Source of the DNA: Candidatus Marinacidobacterales bacterium
Lineage (GTDB): Bacteria; Acidobacteriota; Vicinamibacteria; Marinacidobacterales; DATDRI01
Assembly (NCBI GenBank): GCA_965219415.1
Contig: OZ244742.1
Coordinates: forward strand, 896,001-960,000
Reading direction: 5' to 3'
Length of the DNA: 64,000 nt
The notes under the pieces were generated by a model. The model was not told where the DNA came from. It made no database searches and was given only the letters and a program-made list of their open reading frames with translations. How positions within the stretch are numbered: position 1 is the first letter of the stretch; each line of letters begins with the position of its first letter. A program made the translations under genes and the position numbers. Positions 42,458 through 52,279 of this stretch are shown here, in pieces.

Positions 42458-43570
42458 ATGTTTATGGGCGAAAAGGAGGTGCTCGTGGATCAAGGCGATC
42501 CCGCTCTTGCCGGGCTTCCGGAACCGGGCGGGCCGGTTTTCTATCCCAAAGTGGGACACTGCGTGTATCGGGGACTCACCGAGGACCGAGCCGCGCCTGG
42601 GAAGAAGCTCGTCGAACTGGAGGACCTCGAGGAGGGGAGCCGCATTCTGATCCCTACCGAGCGCGTGCCGAAGCTTGGGCTCCGGCCGGCCGGAAGGAAA
42701 CTCGAAGAGATTCAAGCCGAGCTCTCTGCCGAGTTCGAGCAGCCGCTGGAGGAAGAACAGCAGTTCGAGGAATTGATCGAAGACCTCGTGAGTGAGGGTT
42801 CCCCCCGCGCGTTGGCGAAGGGATTGAAACGGCTTCACCTCCTTCGGCAAACGACCGGGCTGAGTCGAGAAGAAGAACAGACTCGCCGAAAGATCCGTAG
42901 CTGGCTGGCCGCGGAGGTCGCCCTATCCAAGGACTGCACGCGGGCCGAGGCACAGGCGCTCATCACGCGAATCCTACAAGAGGCGATGAACGCCCATCGC
43001 CGCAAGGAGCGGGAAGAGGCCAAGGAGCGAAGACGTCAGGTCAAGGCACAAAAAGCGGCCGAAGACGCCGCCGCCTTGAGGGCAGAAGAGGAAGCAGTTT
43101 CCTCGACCGCCGCGGGAGTAGCGAGTGACGGCGAAAGCGGAACCCCTGAAACGCCTGCAAGCATGGCGGGGACGATCGAGCCCCCTGCCGCCACCGTTGA
43201 GGATCCCGCTCCAACTTCTCCAAGCGTCCAGGAAAAACAGGACGAGACTGCCGACGTGTCGACGGAGGTCGCACCGCCTGCCGCACCCGAAGCGGCAGAA
43301 GAGACAACACCCGAAGCCGTAGAAGAAAGCGCAGGGCCCGCTCCTCCGGATGCGCCTACTGCTGGAGACGCGCCACAGACTACTGAAGTGGAGACGGCTA
43401 ACTCCCCAGACCCGGCCGCGCCCGAACAGTCGACGCCACCAGTTGGTGAGCCTCCAAGTGAATCGCCGGAGCCCACGGAAAGCAAGCCCCCCGAGCCAGC
43501 GCCGGAATTGAGCCCCGAACTGAGCGAGGAATCGACTGGGGCGGAGCCGACGCCGCCCAAACCCGCCTAA
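42458..43570 (+). CDS. CarD-family-like transcription factor with a long acidic Pro/Glu/Ala-rich tail
   Basis: VFYPKVG.C, ILIP......GLRP (RNAP-interaction domain pattern), LSREE....KIRSWLAAEVAL (CarD C-domain pattern). Confidence 0.7.
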   Translation: MFMGEKEVLVDQGDPALAGLPEPGGPVFYPKVGHCVYRGLTEDRAAPGKKLVELEDLEEGSRILIPTERVPKLGLRPAGRKLEEIQAELSAEFEQPLEEEQQFEELIEDLVSEGSPRALAKGLKRLHLLRQTTGLSREEEQTRRKIRSWLAAEVALSKDCTRAEAQALITRILQEAMNAHRRKEREEAKERRRQVKAQKAAEDAAALRAEEEAVSSTAAGVASDGESGTPETPASMAGTIEPPAATVEDPAPTSPSVQEKQDETADVSTEVAPPAAPEAAEETTPEAVEESAGPAPPDAPTAGDAPQTTEVETANSPDPAAPEQSTPPVGEPPSESPEPTESKPPEPAPELSPELSEESTGAEPTPPKPA

Positions 43571-43927
43571 GTTCGATCTCTTTAGCCTTTCGCCGCCAAC
43601 CCCCTTACCTCTGCGGCCGCTTTGCGGCATTAGACTCAGTGGAGTGCGTGGCTACGCCCAAACGGCAAAGGCGCCGGACTTTCCTCCTCTGAGTTGCAGA
43701 CGAAATCGCCTTTATCGCCAATAGATTACGGCGAGCCCCTTGCGAGCCACCTTCAGGCGAGTGGATGCGCGGCACTTCCGGGCAGGGTTTGCAGCCCCCA
43801 GCGCGATAACCGTCTGGAATTGCAGCGTCTTGACAGCAACGGAAGGCCAGTGTTACTCATAATCGTTTGTGGCCAATTAATGGATCAATAGCTCATTGGC
43901 TTGACCTTCGAGAAGGTAGTCCCTGGC

Positions 43928-45658
43928 GTGAAAAAAAAATTCCCCGAGTTGCTGGTTCGTCCCCTCCACGGTGAGCCCTTTCGCGTGCCCCTCAACAAGC
44001 CGGTCCTCACGATAGGCCGCTCAAAGCGTAACGACCTCGTCCTGCCCGACCAGTGGCTATCGCGCCACCATGCCGAGATCCGCGAGGAAACCGACACCTA
44101 CGCGATCCATGACCTTGAGAGCCGAAACGGGACGCTGGTCAACGGTAGTCGCATCGCCGAAAAGGCGAGGCTCGACGACGCGGACACTATCACCCTTGGC
44201 GATCACCAGCTGACCTTTATGCAGGAGCCTTCGGGCAGCGTCGTGCTCGCTGAAAGCAGCAGTGACCTCGATCTCGATGGCACCGTCGTGGTTCCGACCG
44301 AACACCTGCTGGCTCGGGCCCGCGGGCAAGAAGACACTTGGGATAACGTCGCTGGACCAGCCACGCCGTCGGGGCCCAAAACCGGTTCCACCGATTCGTC
44401 GGCCATCATCAAACAGAACCAGATCCTGGCCGCGCTCAGCGAGGCCAGCATGGCCCTCATCAGTGACCGCCCGGTCAACGAGCTACTAGACTTCATCTTG
44501 GAGCTCGCCTTCAAGGTCGTGAAGCCGGAACGAGGCGCGCTGATGCTAACGAAGGATGAGGAAGGTGGCCTGGAAGTAAAGTCGGTCCGCACCAACTCCG
44601 ACAAGCCTGACGAACCTGCAGAGGAGATCACCTTCAGTCGCACCATCGCCGACAAAGTAATCGGAGAAAAGGTCTCCATCCTAACCAGCAGCGCGATGAG
44701 CGATCCGAGATTCAAGTCGCAAGATTCGATCGTTTCTGTCGGTATCCGCTCCGCGATGTGCGTACCTCTTTGGAACAACAAGGCAGTAACCGGCCTCATC
44801 TATGTCGACCGCCTGATTCAAAAGAGCATTTTCACGCAGGACGACCTCGCGCTTCTCACTTCCCTGGCCAACGTTGCGGCGATCAAGCTGGAAAACGCCA
44901 AGCTGGTCGAGCAAATGATCGAGAAGAAGCGGATGGAGCATGAGCTCGCTCTCGCCGGCGACATACAGCAAAACCTTCTCCCCAGCAAAGCTCCACAAAT
45001 CGAAGGCTGGGATATAGCGGGAACGAATACGCCCTGCTATACGATCGGAGGCGACTACTTCGACTACATCTCGAAACCCTCTGGCCGCTTCGCTTTCGCG
45101 CTAGGGGACGTCTCGGGCAAAGGGGCCGGGGCCGCTCTCATGATGATGGTCTTGAGAGCCACCGTCCACTCCGCATGCCAGCAGCAAGACAATGACATGG
45201 TGTCCGTCATGTCTCAGACGAACCAGGTGATGTACCACAACACACCAGAGCATGCCTATGTGACGTTCTTCCTCGGCGATCTCGACCCTAAAACCGGCGA
45301 GCTACTCTACGTCAATGCCGGTCACATTCCTCCGATCGTCTATCGGGCGAAGTCTGGCGAGACCGACCGGCTGGAAGTAGGCGGCACCGTTGTCGGGATG
45401 TTCGAGAGCGCCCTGTACGAGGAAGGCAAGACCACGCTCGATCCCGGTGACACGCTGGTGGTGTTTACCGACGGCATCAGTGAGAGCTGGGGAGAAGACG
45501 GCGAGGAATATGGCGAGGACCGTTTGGCAGCGTTGTTGAAAAACCACGCTAAGCTCTCGGCGCCGGAGTTGATGATCACCATCCAGCAAGAGGTCGATGC
45601 CTACGCGACGGGCCGCGCGACCGACGACCGCACACTCATCGTTGTTCGACGCGTCTGA
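43928..45658 (+). CDS. FHA-GAF-PP2C (SpoIIE/RsbU-like) protein phosphatase
   Basis: FHA IGRS..SRHHA..SRNGT; GAF IRSAMCVPL; PP2C GGDYFD, GDVSGKG, NAGH, TDGISE, DDRT. Confidence 0.92.
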   Translation: MKKKFPELLVRPLHGEPFRVPLNKPVLTIGRSKRNDLVLPDQWLSRHHAEIREETDTYAIHDLESRNGTLVNGSRIAEKARLDDADTITLGDHQLTFMQEPSGSVVLAESSSDLDLDGTVVVPTEHLLARARGQEDTWDNVAGPATPSGPKTGSTDSSAIIKQNQILAALSEASMALISDRPVNELLDFILELAFKVVKPERGALMLTKDEEGGLEVKSVRTNSDKPDEPAEEITFSRTIADKVIGEKVSILTSSAMSDPRFKSQDSIVSVGIRSAMCVPLWNNKAVTGLIYVDRLIQKSIFTQDDLALLTSLANVAAIKLENAKLVEQMIEKKRMEHELALAGDIQQNLLPSKAPQIEGWDIAGTNTPCYTIGGDYFDYISKPSGRFAFALGDVSGKGAGAALMMMVLRATVHSACQQQDNDMVSVMSQTNQVMYHNTPEHAYVTFFLGDLDPKTGELLYVNAGHIPPIVYRAKSGETDRLEVGGTVVGMFESALYEEGKTTLDPGDTLVVFTDGISESWGEDGEEYGEDRLAALLKNHAKLSAPELMITIQQEVDAYATGRATDDRTLIVVRRV

Positions 45659-45715
45659 AGCCCGGCCCCCCAGCATTCGAAAGTCGTCTAGATTCCTAAG
45701 CACCCTCCCGATTTC

Positions 45716-45744
45716 TTGACGCGTTGTGACCGATGTGCTAAGGT
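45716..45744 (+). promoter_or_regulatory. Probable promoter of hsp20-lon
   Basis: TTGACG, 17-nt spacer, extended -10 TGcTAAGGT. Confidence 0.45.
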
Positions 45745-45780
45745 CGTTCGTTCGGAAGTTATTATTTTTCAGAGGGATCC

Positions 45781-46233
45781 ATGGTTGAACGACGGGACGC
45801 CTTCCCGGAGATGGCGGCGATCCAGAAGGAGATTAGCAGGCTCTTCGAGCAGCTAGCCCACTTCGAGCGCAGCGAAGCCGGGCTAGGTCTTGGCGAATGG
45901 CTTCCTACCTTCGACGTATTCGAGACCAAGGACTCACTGGTCATCAAGGTGGAAGCTCCCGGCATGACCAAGAGGGACCTCACCGCGGCTTTTCAAGGGC
46001 ACAAGTTGATCGTCTCCGGAGAGAAGAAAGAACCAAAGACGGAGCAACCGAACGGCTACCTTTGCATGGAAAGAAGCTTTGGCAAGTTCACACGCTCCAT
46101 CTACGTCGATCAAGCGGTTGATCTTGCGAAAGCCGACGCGGAGCTTGGCCAGGGCGTGCTAACGATAACCATACCCAAGCTCAAAGATCGACGCGGCAGC
46201 AAGATTCGGCTGAAAATCAAGGAGCAAGGCTAG
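45781..46233 (+). CDS. Hsp20/alpha-crystallin small heat-shock protein
   Basis: DVFET, EAPGM, ERSFGKFTRSI, GVLTITIPK. Confidence 0.93.
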   Translation: MVERRDAFPEMAAIQKEISRLFEQLAHFERSEAGLGLGEWLPTFDVFETKDSLVIKVEAPGMTKRDLTAAFQGHKLIVSGEKKEPKTEQPNGYLCMERSFGKFTRSIYVDQAVDLAKADAELGQGVLTITIPKLKDRRGSKIRLKIKEQG

Positions 46234-46335
46234 CGCAAGGCCCGGCGCCTGGTGTGACTGCCTGCCAAGTTGACTGGTTGAAGGGCCTGGCAGCCCTGAC
46301 CGCCCTGACAGCGAATACGCTCGGCAGATTCGACT

Positions 46336-48834
46336 ATGACCGAAGAGCCAGACCGACCTGACCGTTCCGAGCGACCCGACAACAAAGACGAACAAGAGCC
46401 GCTCCAAGATCAAGAGCTGGACCTCGTTCAAATCCCCGATTCGCTTCCGGTCTTACCTCTCCGTGACATCGTGATCTTCCCTTTCATGATCGTGCCGCTC
46501 TACGTGAGCCGTGACAAATCGATCAAAGCCGTCGATTCCGCTTTGGCCGAGAACCGCATGATCTTGCTACTCGCCCAGAGGGACCAGGAAAAAGAAGACC
46601 CCGAGCCCGACGACTTGTACCGAATGGGTACGGTGGCGGTCATCATGCGCATGCTCAAGTTACCCGACGGACGCATCCGCGTCCTCGTACAGGGTATGCA
46701 TCGGGCCGTCGTCGAAGAGTTCTCGCAGGCCGATCCCTTCTTTCAGGCTCGGCTCTCTACCGTAAAAGAGTCCGAGTGGGAGTCCGAGTCCCTCGAGCTC
46801 GAAGCACTCATGCGAAATGTAAAGGGTGCGCTCGAGAAATCCGCCAATCTCGGCAAAGCCATCTCGCCCGAGGTCATGGTCATTGCCGCCAACCTCGAAG
46901 ACCCGGGACGATTAGCCGATCTAGCGGTGTCGAATCTAGACCTCAAGGTCGACGGAGCGCAGGAGGTGCTGGATACGATCGACCCAGTGGAAAGGCTGCG
47001 CAAGGTCCACGAGCTCATTACCAAGGAGCTCGAAGTCCTGACGATGCAGCAGCAGATCAGCTCGCAGGCGAAAGGCGAAATGGACCGCACCCAGCGCGAG
47101 TTTTTCTTGCGCCAGCAGCTGAAGGCCATTCAGACCGAGCTTGGCGAAGGAAATGAGCTGTCCGAAGAAGTTCGCCAACTGCGAGACAAGGCGTGGCGGG
47201 CGAAGATGCCGAAGGATATCTACGCAGAGGTGAACCGGCAAATCGGAAAGCTCGAGCGCATGCACCCCGACTCCGCCGAGACCGCGACGTTGCGGAACTA
47301 TCTCGAGGTCATGGTCACACTTCCCTGGAGCCGCGAAACCAAAGACAACCTTGACATGAAACAGGTGAAGGCGATCCTTGACGAGGATCACTACGGGTTA
47401 GAAAAGATCAAGGAGCGCATCTTGGAGTATTTGGCGGTCCGCAAGCTCAAGAAAAAAATGAAAGGACCGATCCTCTGCTTCGTAGGCCCACCAGGAGTGG
47501 GCAAGACGTCTCTCGGGCGCTCCATCGCACGGGCGATAGGCCGGAACTTCCATCGCGTGTCACTCGGGGGCGTACGCGATGAGGCAGAGATCCGCGGCCA
47601 CCGCCGCACCTATGTCGGCTCCATGCCAGGCAGAATCGTTCAGGGCATTCAGCAGGCGGGCTCGAATAACCCAGTCTTCATGCTGGACGAGGTGGACAAG
47701 GTGGGTGCCGACTACCGTGGCGACCCGAGCTCCGCTCTGCTGGAAGTTCTCGATCCGGAGCAGAACAACGCTTTCCGGGACAACTACCTCGGCACAACCT
47801 TCGACCTTTCCAACGTCATGTTCATCACTACTGCGAATCAGCTCGACCCCATCCAGCCGGCGTTTCTCGACCGAATGGAGGTCATCGAGCTGTCGGGATA
47901 TACCGAGGAGGAAAAACTCCAGATCACGAGGCGGCACCTCATACCGAAGCAGCTCGATGAAAACGGCCTCACCACAAAACAGCTGACCATCGCCGATTCC
48001 GCCGTTCGGCAGGTCATTGCCCTGTACACACGCGAGGCCGGTCTTAGAAATTTGGAACGTGAGATTGCCCGAGTTTGCCGAAAGGTAGCCAAGCACGTTG
48101 CGGAAGGCAAAAAGGAGCTCACCAAAGTAACAGCCAAGAACTTGTCAGATTTCCTCGGCTCACCGAAAGTACTTCCCGACGAAATGCTGAAAAAGGATCG
48201 TATCGGTATCGCAACCGGGCTGGCATGGACCCCAACCGGTGGAGACGTCTTGTTCGTCGAGGCGACGGCAATGAGGGGAAAGGGAAATTTGATACTCACC
48301 GGCAAGCTCGGAGAAGTAATGAAAGAGTCGGCGCAGGCGGCTCTCTCCTACGCGCGTTCGCGAGCCCGCCAGTTCCACATCGACGAAGACACCTTCTCCA
48401 ACCACGATCTGCATATCCACGTACCGGAGGGCGCCATTCCCAAGGACGGCCCCTCCGCGGGTATCACCATCGCGGTGGCGATGATCTCGGTGCTGACCAA
48501 TACGCCGGTCCGCAGGAACATGGCACTTACCGGAGAGATCACCCTCCGGGGCAACCTGCTTCCCATTGGAGGCATCAAAGAGAAGGTTTTGGCGGCACGA
48601 CGCGCCAAGCTAGACACGGTCGTGTTGCCGCGACTCAACCGCAAGGACGTCGAAGAGATCCCCGAATATGTCAAGAAGCATATGAAGCTCGAGCTCGTTG
48701 ATCGAGTGGACGAAGTGCTCAAACTCGTGTTGGTGGGACAGCGTAACAACAGCCGCCAACGCTCTCGCTCGCCACGAACGGCCCGCCCCAAGCTCACGCC
48801 TTCCCCTCGCGGCCGTCGGCCGGTGGCGACGTGA
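46336..48834 (+). CDS. lon: ATP-dependent Lon protease
   Basis: LPVLPLRD, GPPGVGKT, RGHRRTYVG, LDEVDK, PKDGPSAG. Confidence 0.97.
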   Translation: MTEEPDRPDRSERPDNKDEQEPLQDQELDLVQIPDSLPVLPLRDIVIFPFMIVPLYVSRDKSIKAVDSALAENRMILLLAQRDQEKEDPEPDDLYRMGTVAVIMRMLKLPDGRIRVLVQGMHRAVVEEFSQADPFFQARLSTVKESEWESESLELEALMRNVKGALEKSANLGKAISPEVMVIAANLEDPGRLADLAVSNLDLKVDGAQEVLDTIDPVERLRKVHELITKELEVLTMQQQISSQAKGEMDRTQREFFLRQQLKAIQTELGEGNELSEEVRQLRDKAWRAKMPKDIYAEVNRQIGKLERMHPDSAETATLRNYLEVMVTLPWSRETKDNLDMKQVKAILDEDHYGLEKIKERILEYLAVRKLKKKMKGPILCFVGPPGVGKTSLGRSIARAIGRNFHRVSLGGVRDEAEIRGHRRTYVGSMPGRIVQGIQQAGSNNPVFMLDEVDKVGADYRGDPSSALLEVLDPEQNNAFRDNYLGTTFDLSNVMFITTANQLDPIQPAFLDRMEVIELSGYTEEEKLQITRRHLIPKQLDENGLTTKQLTIADSAVRQVIALYTREAGLRNLEREIARVCRKVAKHVAEGKKELTKVTAKNLSDFLGSPKVLPDEMLKKDRIGIATGLAWTPTGGDVLFVEATAMRGKGNLILTGKLGEVMKESAQAALSYARSRARQFHIDEDTFSNHDLHIHVPEGAIPKDGPSAGITIAVAMISVLTNTPVRRNMALTGEITLRGNLLPIGGIKEKVLAARRAKLDTVVLPRLNRKDVEEIPEYVKKHMKLELVDRVDEVLKLVLVGQRNNSRQRSRSPRTARPKLTPSPRGRRPVAT

Positions 48835-49622
48835 AGATCCTTTTCGCCGGAGACGTGGTAGGTAAGGCCGGCAGACAGATCCTCCAGCAGGGTCTGGCGA
48901 AGCTACGCGAGGACCAGGAATTCGATCTGGTCATTGCGAACGTCGAGAACGCAGCGGCCGGGTTCGGTGTCACACCCGACATCGCCGATCAATTTTTTGC
49001 GAGCGGGATCGACGTACTCACCTCGGGAAACCATATCTGGGACAAGAAAGAAGTCATCGGTTACCTGGGTCGCGAGCCCCGACTGATTCGTCCCATCAAC
49101 TACCCACCCACTTCTCCCGGCACGGGTCGCTACGTTGCCCACACGCCATCCGGCACACCGGTGGCGGTCCTCAACCTCCAAGGTAGAGTCTTCATGCCGG
49201 TCATCGACTGTCCCTTTCGAGCCGCCGAACAAGAAGTGGCTCGTTTAGCAAAGGAGGCTCGCGTCATCTTCGTGGACATGCATGGTGAAGCGACCTCGGA
49301 AAAGATGGCCATGGGATGGTTCTTGGATGGCAAGGTTTCGGCGGTGGTGGGCACACACACCCACATCCCCACCGCGGATGAAAGGGTGCTTCCGGCAGGA
49401 ACTGCCTATATCACCGACGTCGGGATGTGTGGTCCCTTCGACTCGGTCATCGGGATCGAACGCGAACCCTCTCTAGCCCGATTTCTCAGCGGCATACCCT
49501 CAAAGTTCGAGACCGCGAAGAAGAACCCATGGCTAAATGCCGTGGTGGTCGACATCGACGAGTCGACCGGCAAGGCACGCTCCATCACCCGCACCCGGGT
49601 CACTGAGCAAGACCTCCCATAA
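48831..49622 (+). CDS. ymdB: YmdB/TIGR00282-family metallophosphoesterase
   Basis: GDVVG, NVENAA.G, TSGNHIWD, DMHGEATSEK, GTHTH, TDVGM.G. Confidence 0.92.
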   Translation: MKILFAGDVVGKAGRQILQQGLAKLREDQEFDLVIANVENAAAGFGVTPDIADQFFASGIDVLTSGNHIWDKKEVIGYLGREPRLIRPINYPPTSPGTGRYVAHTPSGTPVAVLNLQGRVFMPVIDCPFRAAEQEVARLAKEARVIFVDMHGEATSEKMAMGWFLDGKVSAVVGTHTHIPTADERVLPAGTAYITDVGMCGPFDSVIGIEREPSLARFLSGIPSKFETAKKNPWLNAVVVDIDESTGKARSITRTRVTEQDLP

Positions 49623-49724
49623 AAACCAAACTAGACAGGGTTTACAGAAGAGATGATGGGCATCAAAATAGCCCGGTGCCACTTGTCCAGTTGGCCAGAT
49701 GCCCCTGTCTAATAGAATAGTGTC

Positions 49725-51095
49725 ATGAAGCGACAGCCCACCGAGCAAAACAGAATTTACTCGGTTAGCCAGTTAACGCGCGAGATCAAGCTCCATTTGG
49801 AAGGAGAGTTCTACGATATTTGGGTTGTGGGGGAGATCAGCAACTTCAAGCAACCCTCCTCGGGCCACCTGTATTTCACCTTAAAGGACGCTCGCACGCA
49901 GCTCTCCGCCGTGATGTTCCGCAGTGCCCGGCGCTTCCTCAAGTTTCGACCCGCCGACGGGATGGCGGTCCTGGCGCGAGGCCATATCACGCTCTACGAA
50001 CCACGCGGGTCGTATCAGCTCCAAGTGGACTGGATGGAACCTCGCGGGAAAGGCGCTCTGCAGCTCGCGTTCGAGCAACTCAAGGAAAAATTAGCCAAGG
50101 AAGGTCTCTTCGCCCCGGAACGCAAACGCGCGCTCCCCCTTCTTCCACAGAAGATCGGCGTCGTTACCTCACCCACCGGCGCCGCCATTCGCGACATCTG
50201 CCGAATCCTTCATCGCCGCTATCCCAACCTCGAAGTTCTCCTCTATCCCGCACAGGTACAGGGAGACCTTGCGGCGGCTGAGATCACGAAGGGCATACAG
50301 GTACTCAATCGCATGGGTGGATTCGACGTGCTTATCGTCGGTCGCGGCGGCGGTTCACTCGAGGACCTTTGGCCGTTTAATGAGGAACCGGTCGCCCGGG
50401 CAATCGCTGGGTCCGAGATTCCCGTGATCAGCGCCGTAGGACATGAAGTGGACTTCACCATCGCGGACTTCGCCGCCGACGTGAGAGCCGCGACGCCTTC
50501 CGCGGCCGCCGAAATCGTCGTTTCTCGGAAAGAAGATTTTCTAGAACGGGTCGGGCGCCTCTCACAACGCGCCGACCAAAGCCTCTTGCATCGAATGAGA
50601 CGGCTTCGCGGCGGTGTCGAGCGACTGGCGGGGCACCAGGCCTTCTTGGCGGTCCGCCACGGCGTCCAGTCTGGTTCTCAACGTCTTGACGAGCTCACCT
50701 TCCGCACCCGGGCGAGCATCGATCGCATCATCCAGAATCGAAAAGCGCAGCTCGATAGCTTGACCCGCCAGCTCGAGGCCTCCAGGCCGGATCGTCAGTT
50801 GAGTCAGTCCCGGACCAAACTTGCTCACCTCAGTTCGTTGTTACTATCGGCCCAGCGCGCGCGACTAAATCGGGCCGGGCGTCTGCTCGCGCGTTCGACC
50901 GCTCAACTAGAAGCCCTGTCGCCTCTGGCGGTGTTGGGACGCGGCTACAGCCTTACTTGGGATCAAGCCGGAAACTTGCTGCGAGATGCCAGCGCAGTGG
51001 AGCGCGGCGACTCGGTGCGGGTAACCCTAGAGCAAGGCGAGCTCGATTGTCGTGTCGAGAAAATCCGTCCGACCCCGGAGAATCTTCTTCCATGA
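49725..51095 (+). CDS. xseA: Exodeoxyribonuclease VII large subunit
   Basis: GEISN..SSGHLYFTLKD, VTSPTGAAIRD, RGGGSLEDL, AVGHEVD. Confidence 0.96.
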   Translation: MKRQPTEQNRIYSVSQLTREIKLHLEGEFYDIWVVGEISNFKQPSSGHLYFTLKDARTQLSAVMFRSARRFLKFRPADGMAVLARGHITLYEPRGSYQLQVDWMEPRGKGALQLAFEQLKEKLAKEGLFAPERKRALPLLPQKIGVVTSPTGAAIRDICRILHRRYPNLEVLLYPAQVQGDLAAAEITKGIQVLNRMGGFDVLIVGRGGGSLEDLWPFNEEPVARAIAGSEIPVISAVGHEVDFTIADFAADVRAATPSAAAEIVVSRKEDFLERVGRLSQRADQSLLHRMRRLRGGVERLAGHQAFLAVRHGVQSGSQRLDELTFRTRASIDRIIQNRKAQLDSLTRQLEASRPDRQLSQSRTKLAHLSSLLLSAQRARLNRAGRLLARSTAQLEALSPLAVLGRGYSLTWDQAGNLLRDASAVERGDSVRVTLEQGELDCRVEKIRPTPENLLP

Positions 51096-51355
51096 CCGTG
51101 AAACCCAAAGACTTCGAAACCGCCCTCAAGAAACTGGAGGAGATAGTTAAGGAGCTAGAGGAAGGCGAGCTCAGCCTCGAGAAGTCTCTGGAGCGTTACG
51201 AGCAGGGCGTCCGTTTGGCGCGCTTCTGTAACGCCAAGCTGAACGAGGCCGAGGCCCGGATAGAGATGCTCCAAAAGAACGAGAGTGGCGAGCCCGTGAC
51301 AGACGCGGAAGGGAAAACCCGCCAAACACCGTTCGATTTCGAAGAAAAAGAGTGA
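51092..51355 (+). CDS. xseB: Exodeoxyribonuclease VII small subunit
   Basis: FETALKKLEEIV..LE.GELSLE.SL..YE.G; ATGA overlap with xseA. Confidence 0.95.
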   Translation: MTVKPKDFETALKKLEEIVKELEEGELSLEKSLERYEQGVRLARFCNAKLNEAEARIEMLQKNESGEPVTDAEGKTRQTPFDFEEKE

Positions 51356-52266
51356 CGGGGATGCTCGATTTCGACCAGTATCTGGCGCAGCACGCGGGGG
51401 CGGTCGAATCGTTTCTCGATCGCAACCTACCGGCCGAAGACGCCTTGCCACCCAGCATCCACCGCGCGATCCGCTACAGCCTGTTCGCAGGCGGAAAACG
51501 CCTGCGCCCGGTTTTGGCACTGGCCTCCGCGGAAGCGGTCGGGGGTCGGGGGGAGGATGCGCTTCCTGCGGCGGCGGCGCTCGAGATGATCCACACTTAC
51601 TCACTCATCCATGACGACCTGCCGGCCATGGACAATGATGACCTTCGGCGTGGTAAGCCGACATCGCACGTCGTTTTCGGAGAGGCGATCGCCATTCTGG
51701 CAGGCGATGCGTTGCTAACCCATGCTTTTCAGGTGTTGGCGACGGCCCCCGGCCACAATGGTACTCCCGGAACCTCCGAGGGAGAGAGGCGGTTGCGAGC
51801 CGTATCGCTTCTTGCCGAAGGCGCCGGAATGAATGGAATGATCGGCGGGCAGGTGATAGACCTAGAGTCCGAAGGCAAAGGGGTCGACGAAGGGACCCTC
51901 GACCAGATCCACCAAAAAAAGACGGGCGCTCTCATGGAAGTCGCGTCTCGGCTCGGTGCGGTCATGGGGGGCGGAGACGACGATCAGGTCGAGACGTTGG
52001 GCCGTTTTGGTCGAGAAGTCGGGCTCGCCTTTCAAATCGTGGATGACCTCTTGGACGTCGAAGGAGACGCCGCAACCTTGGGCAAATCGGCAGGCAAAGA
52101 TCAGAAGGCCGGCAAGGCAACTTATCCGAGCGTGCACGGGATCGAAAAGGCTCGTTTCCGAGCGAAGGAGTTGGTACGGCGAGCGGTCGACCTCGTAGCG
52201 CCATTTGGTCCGGCAGGAGAGCCTCTCGTTTGCCTGGCCCAGCGTATCGTCGATCGCAAGTCCTAG
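51352..52266 (+). CDS. ispA: Farnesyl/geranylgeranyl diphosphate synthase
   Basis: GGKRLRP, HDDLPAMDNDDLRRG, GQVID, KTG, FQIVDD. Confidence 0.93.
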   Translation: MTGMLDFDQYLAQHAGAVESFLDRNLPAEDALPPSIHRAIRYSLFAGGKRLRPVLALASAEAVGGRGEDALPAAAALEMIHTYSLIHDDLPAMDNDDLRRGKPTSHVVFGEAIAILAGDALLTHAFQVLATAPGHNGTPGTSEGERRLRAVSLLAEGAGMNGMIGGQVIDLESEGKGVDEGTLDQIHQKKTGALMEVASRLGAVMGGGDDDQVETLGRFGREVGLAFQIVDDLLDVEGDAATLGKSAGKDQKAGKATYPSVHGIEKARFRAKELVRRAVDLVAPFGPAGEPLVCLAQRIVDRKS

Positions 52267-52279
52267 CCGCGTCAGGTCC

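Noticed and set aside
43050-43570. DNA tandem repeat in the Pro/Glu-rich tail
   Set aside because: Low-complexity protein sequence without a regular nucleotide period.
43931-43939. A9 tract as a phase-variation switch in the phosphatase gene
   Set aside because: It encodes an in-frame KKK right after the start codon, a common feature; no evidence of length variation.
45660-45780. CIRCE/HrcA operator upstream of hsp20-lon
   Set aside because: Only loose half-sites (TAAGCAC, GTGCTAA) at the wrong spacing; no TTAGCACTC-N9-GAGTGCTAA.
48831-49724. 6S RNA near ymdB
   Set aside because: ymdB overlaps lon and the downstream gap is only about 100 nt, leaving no room or matching structure.
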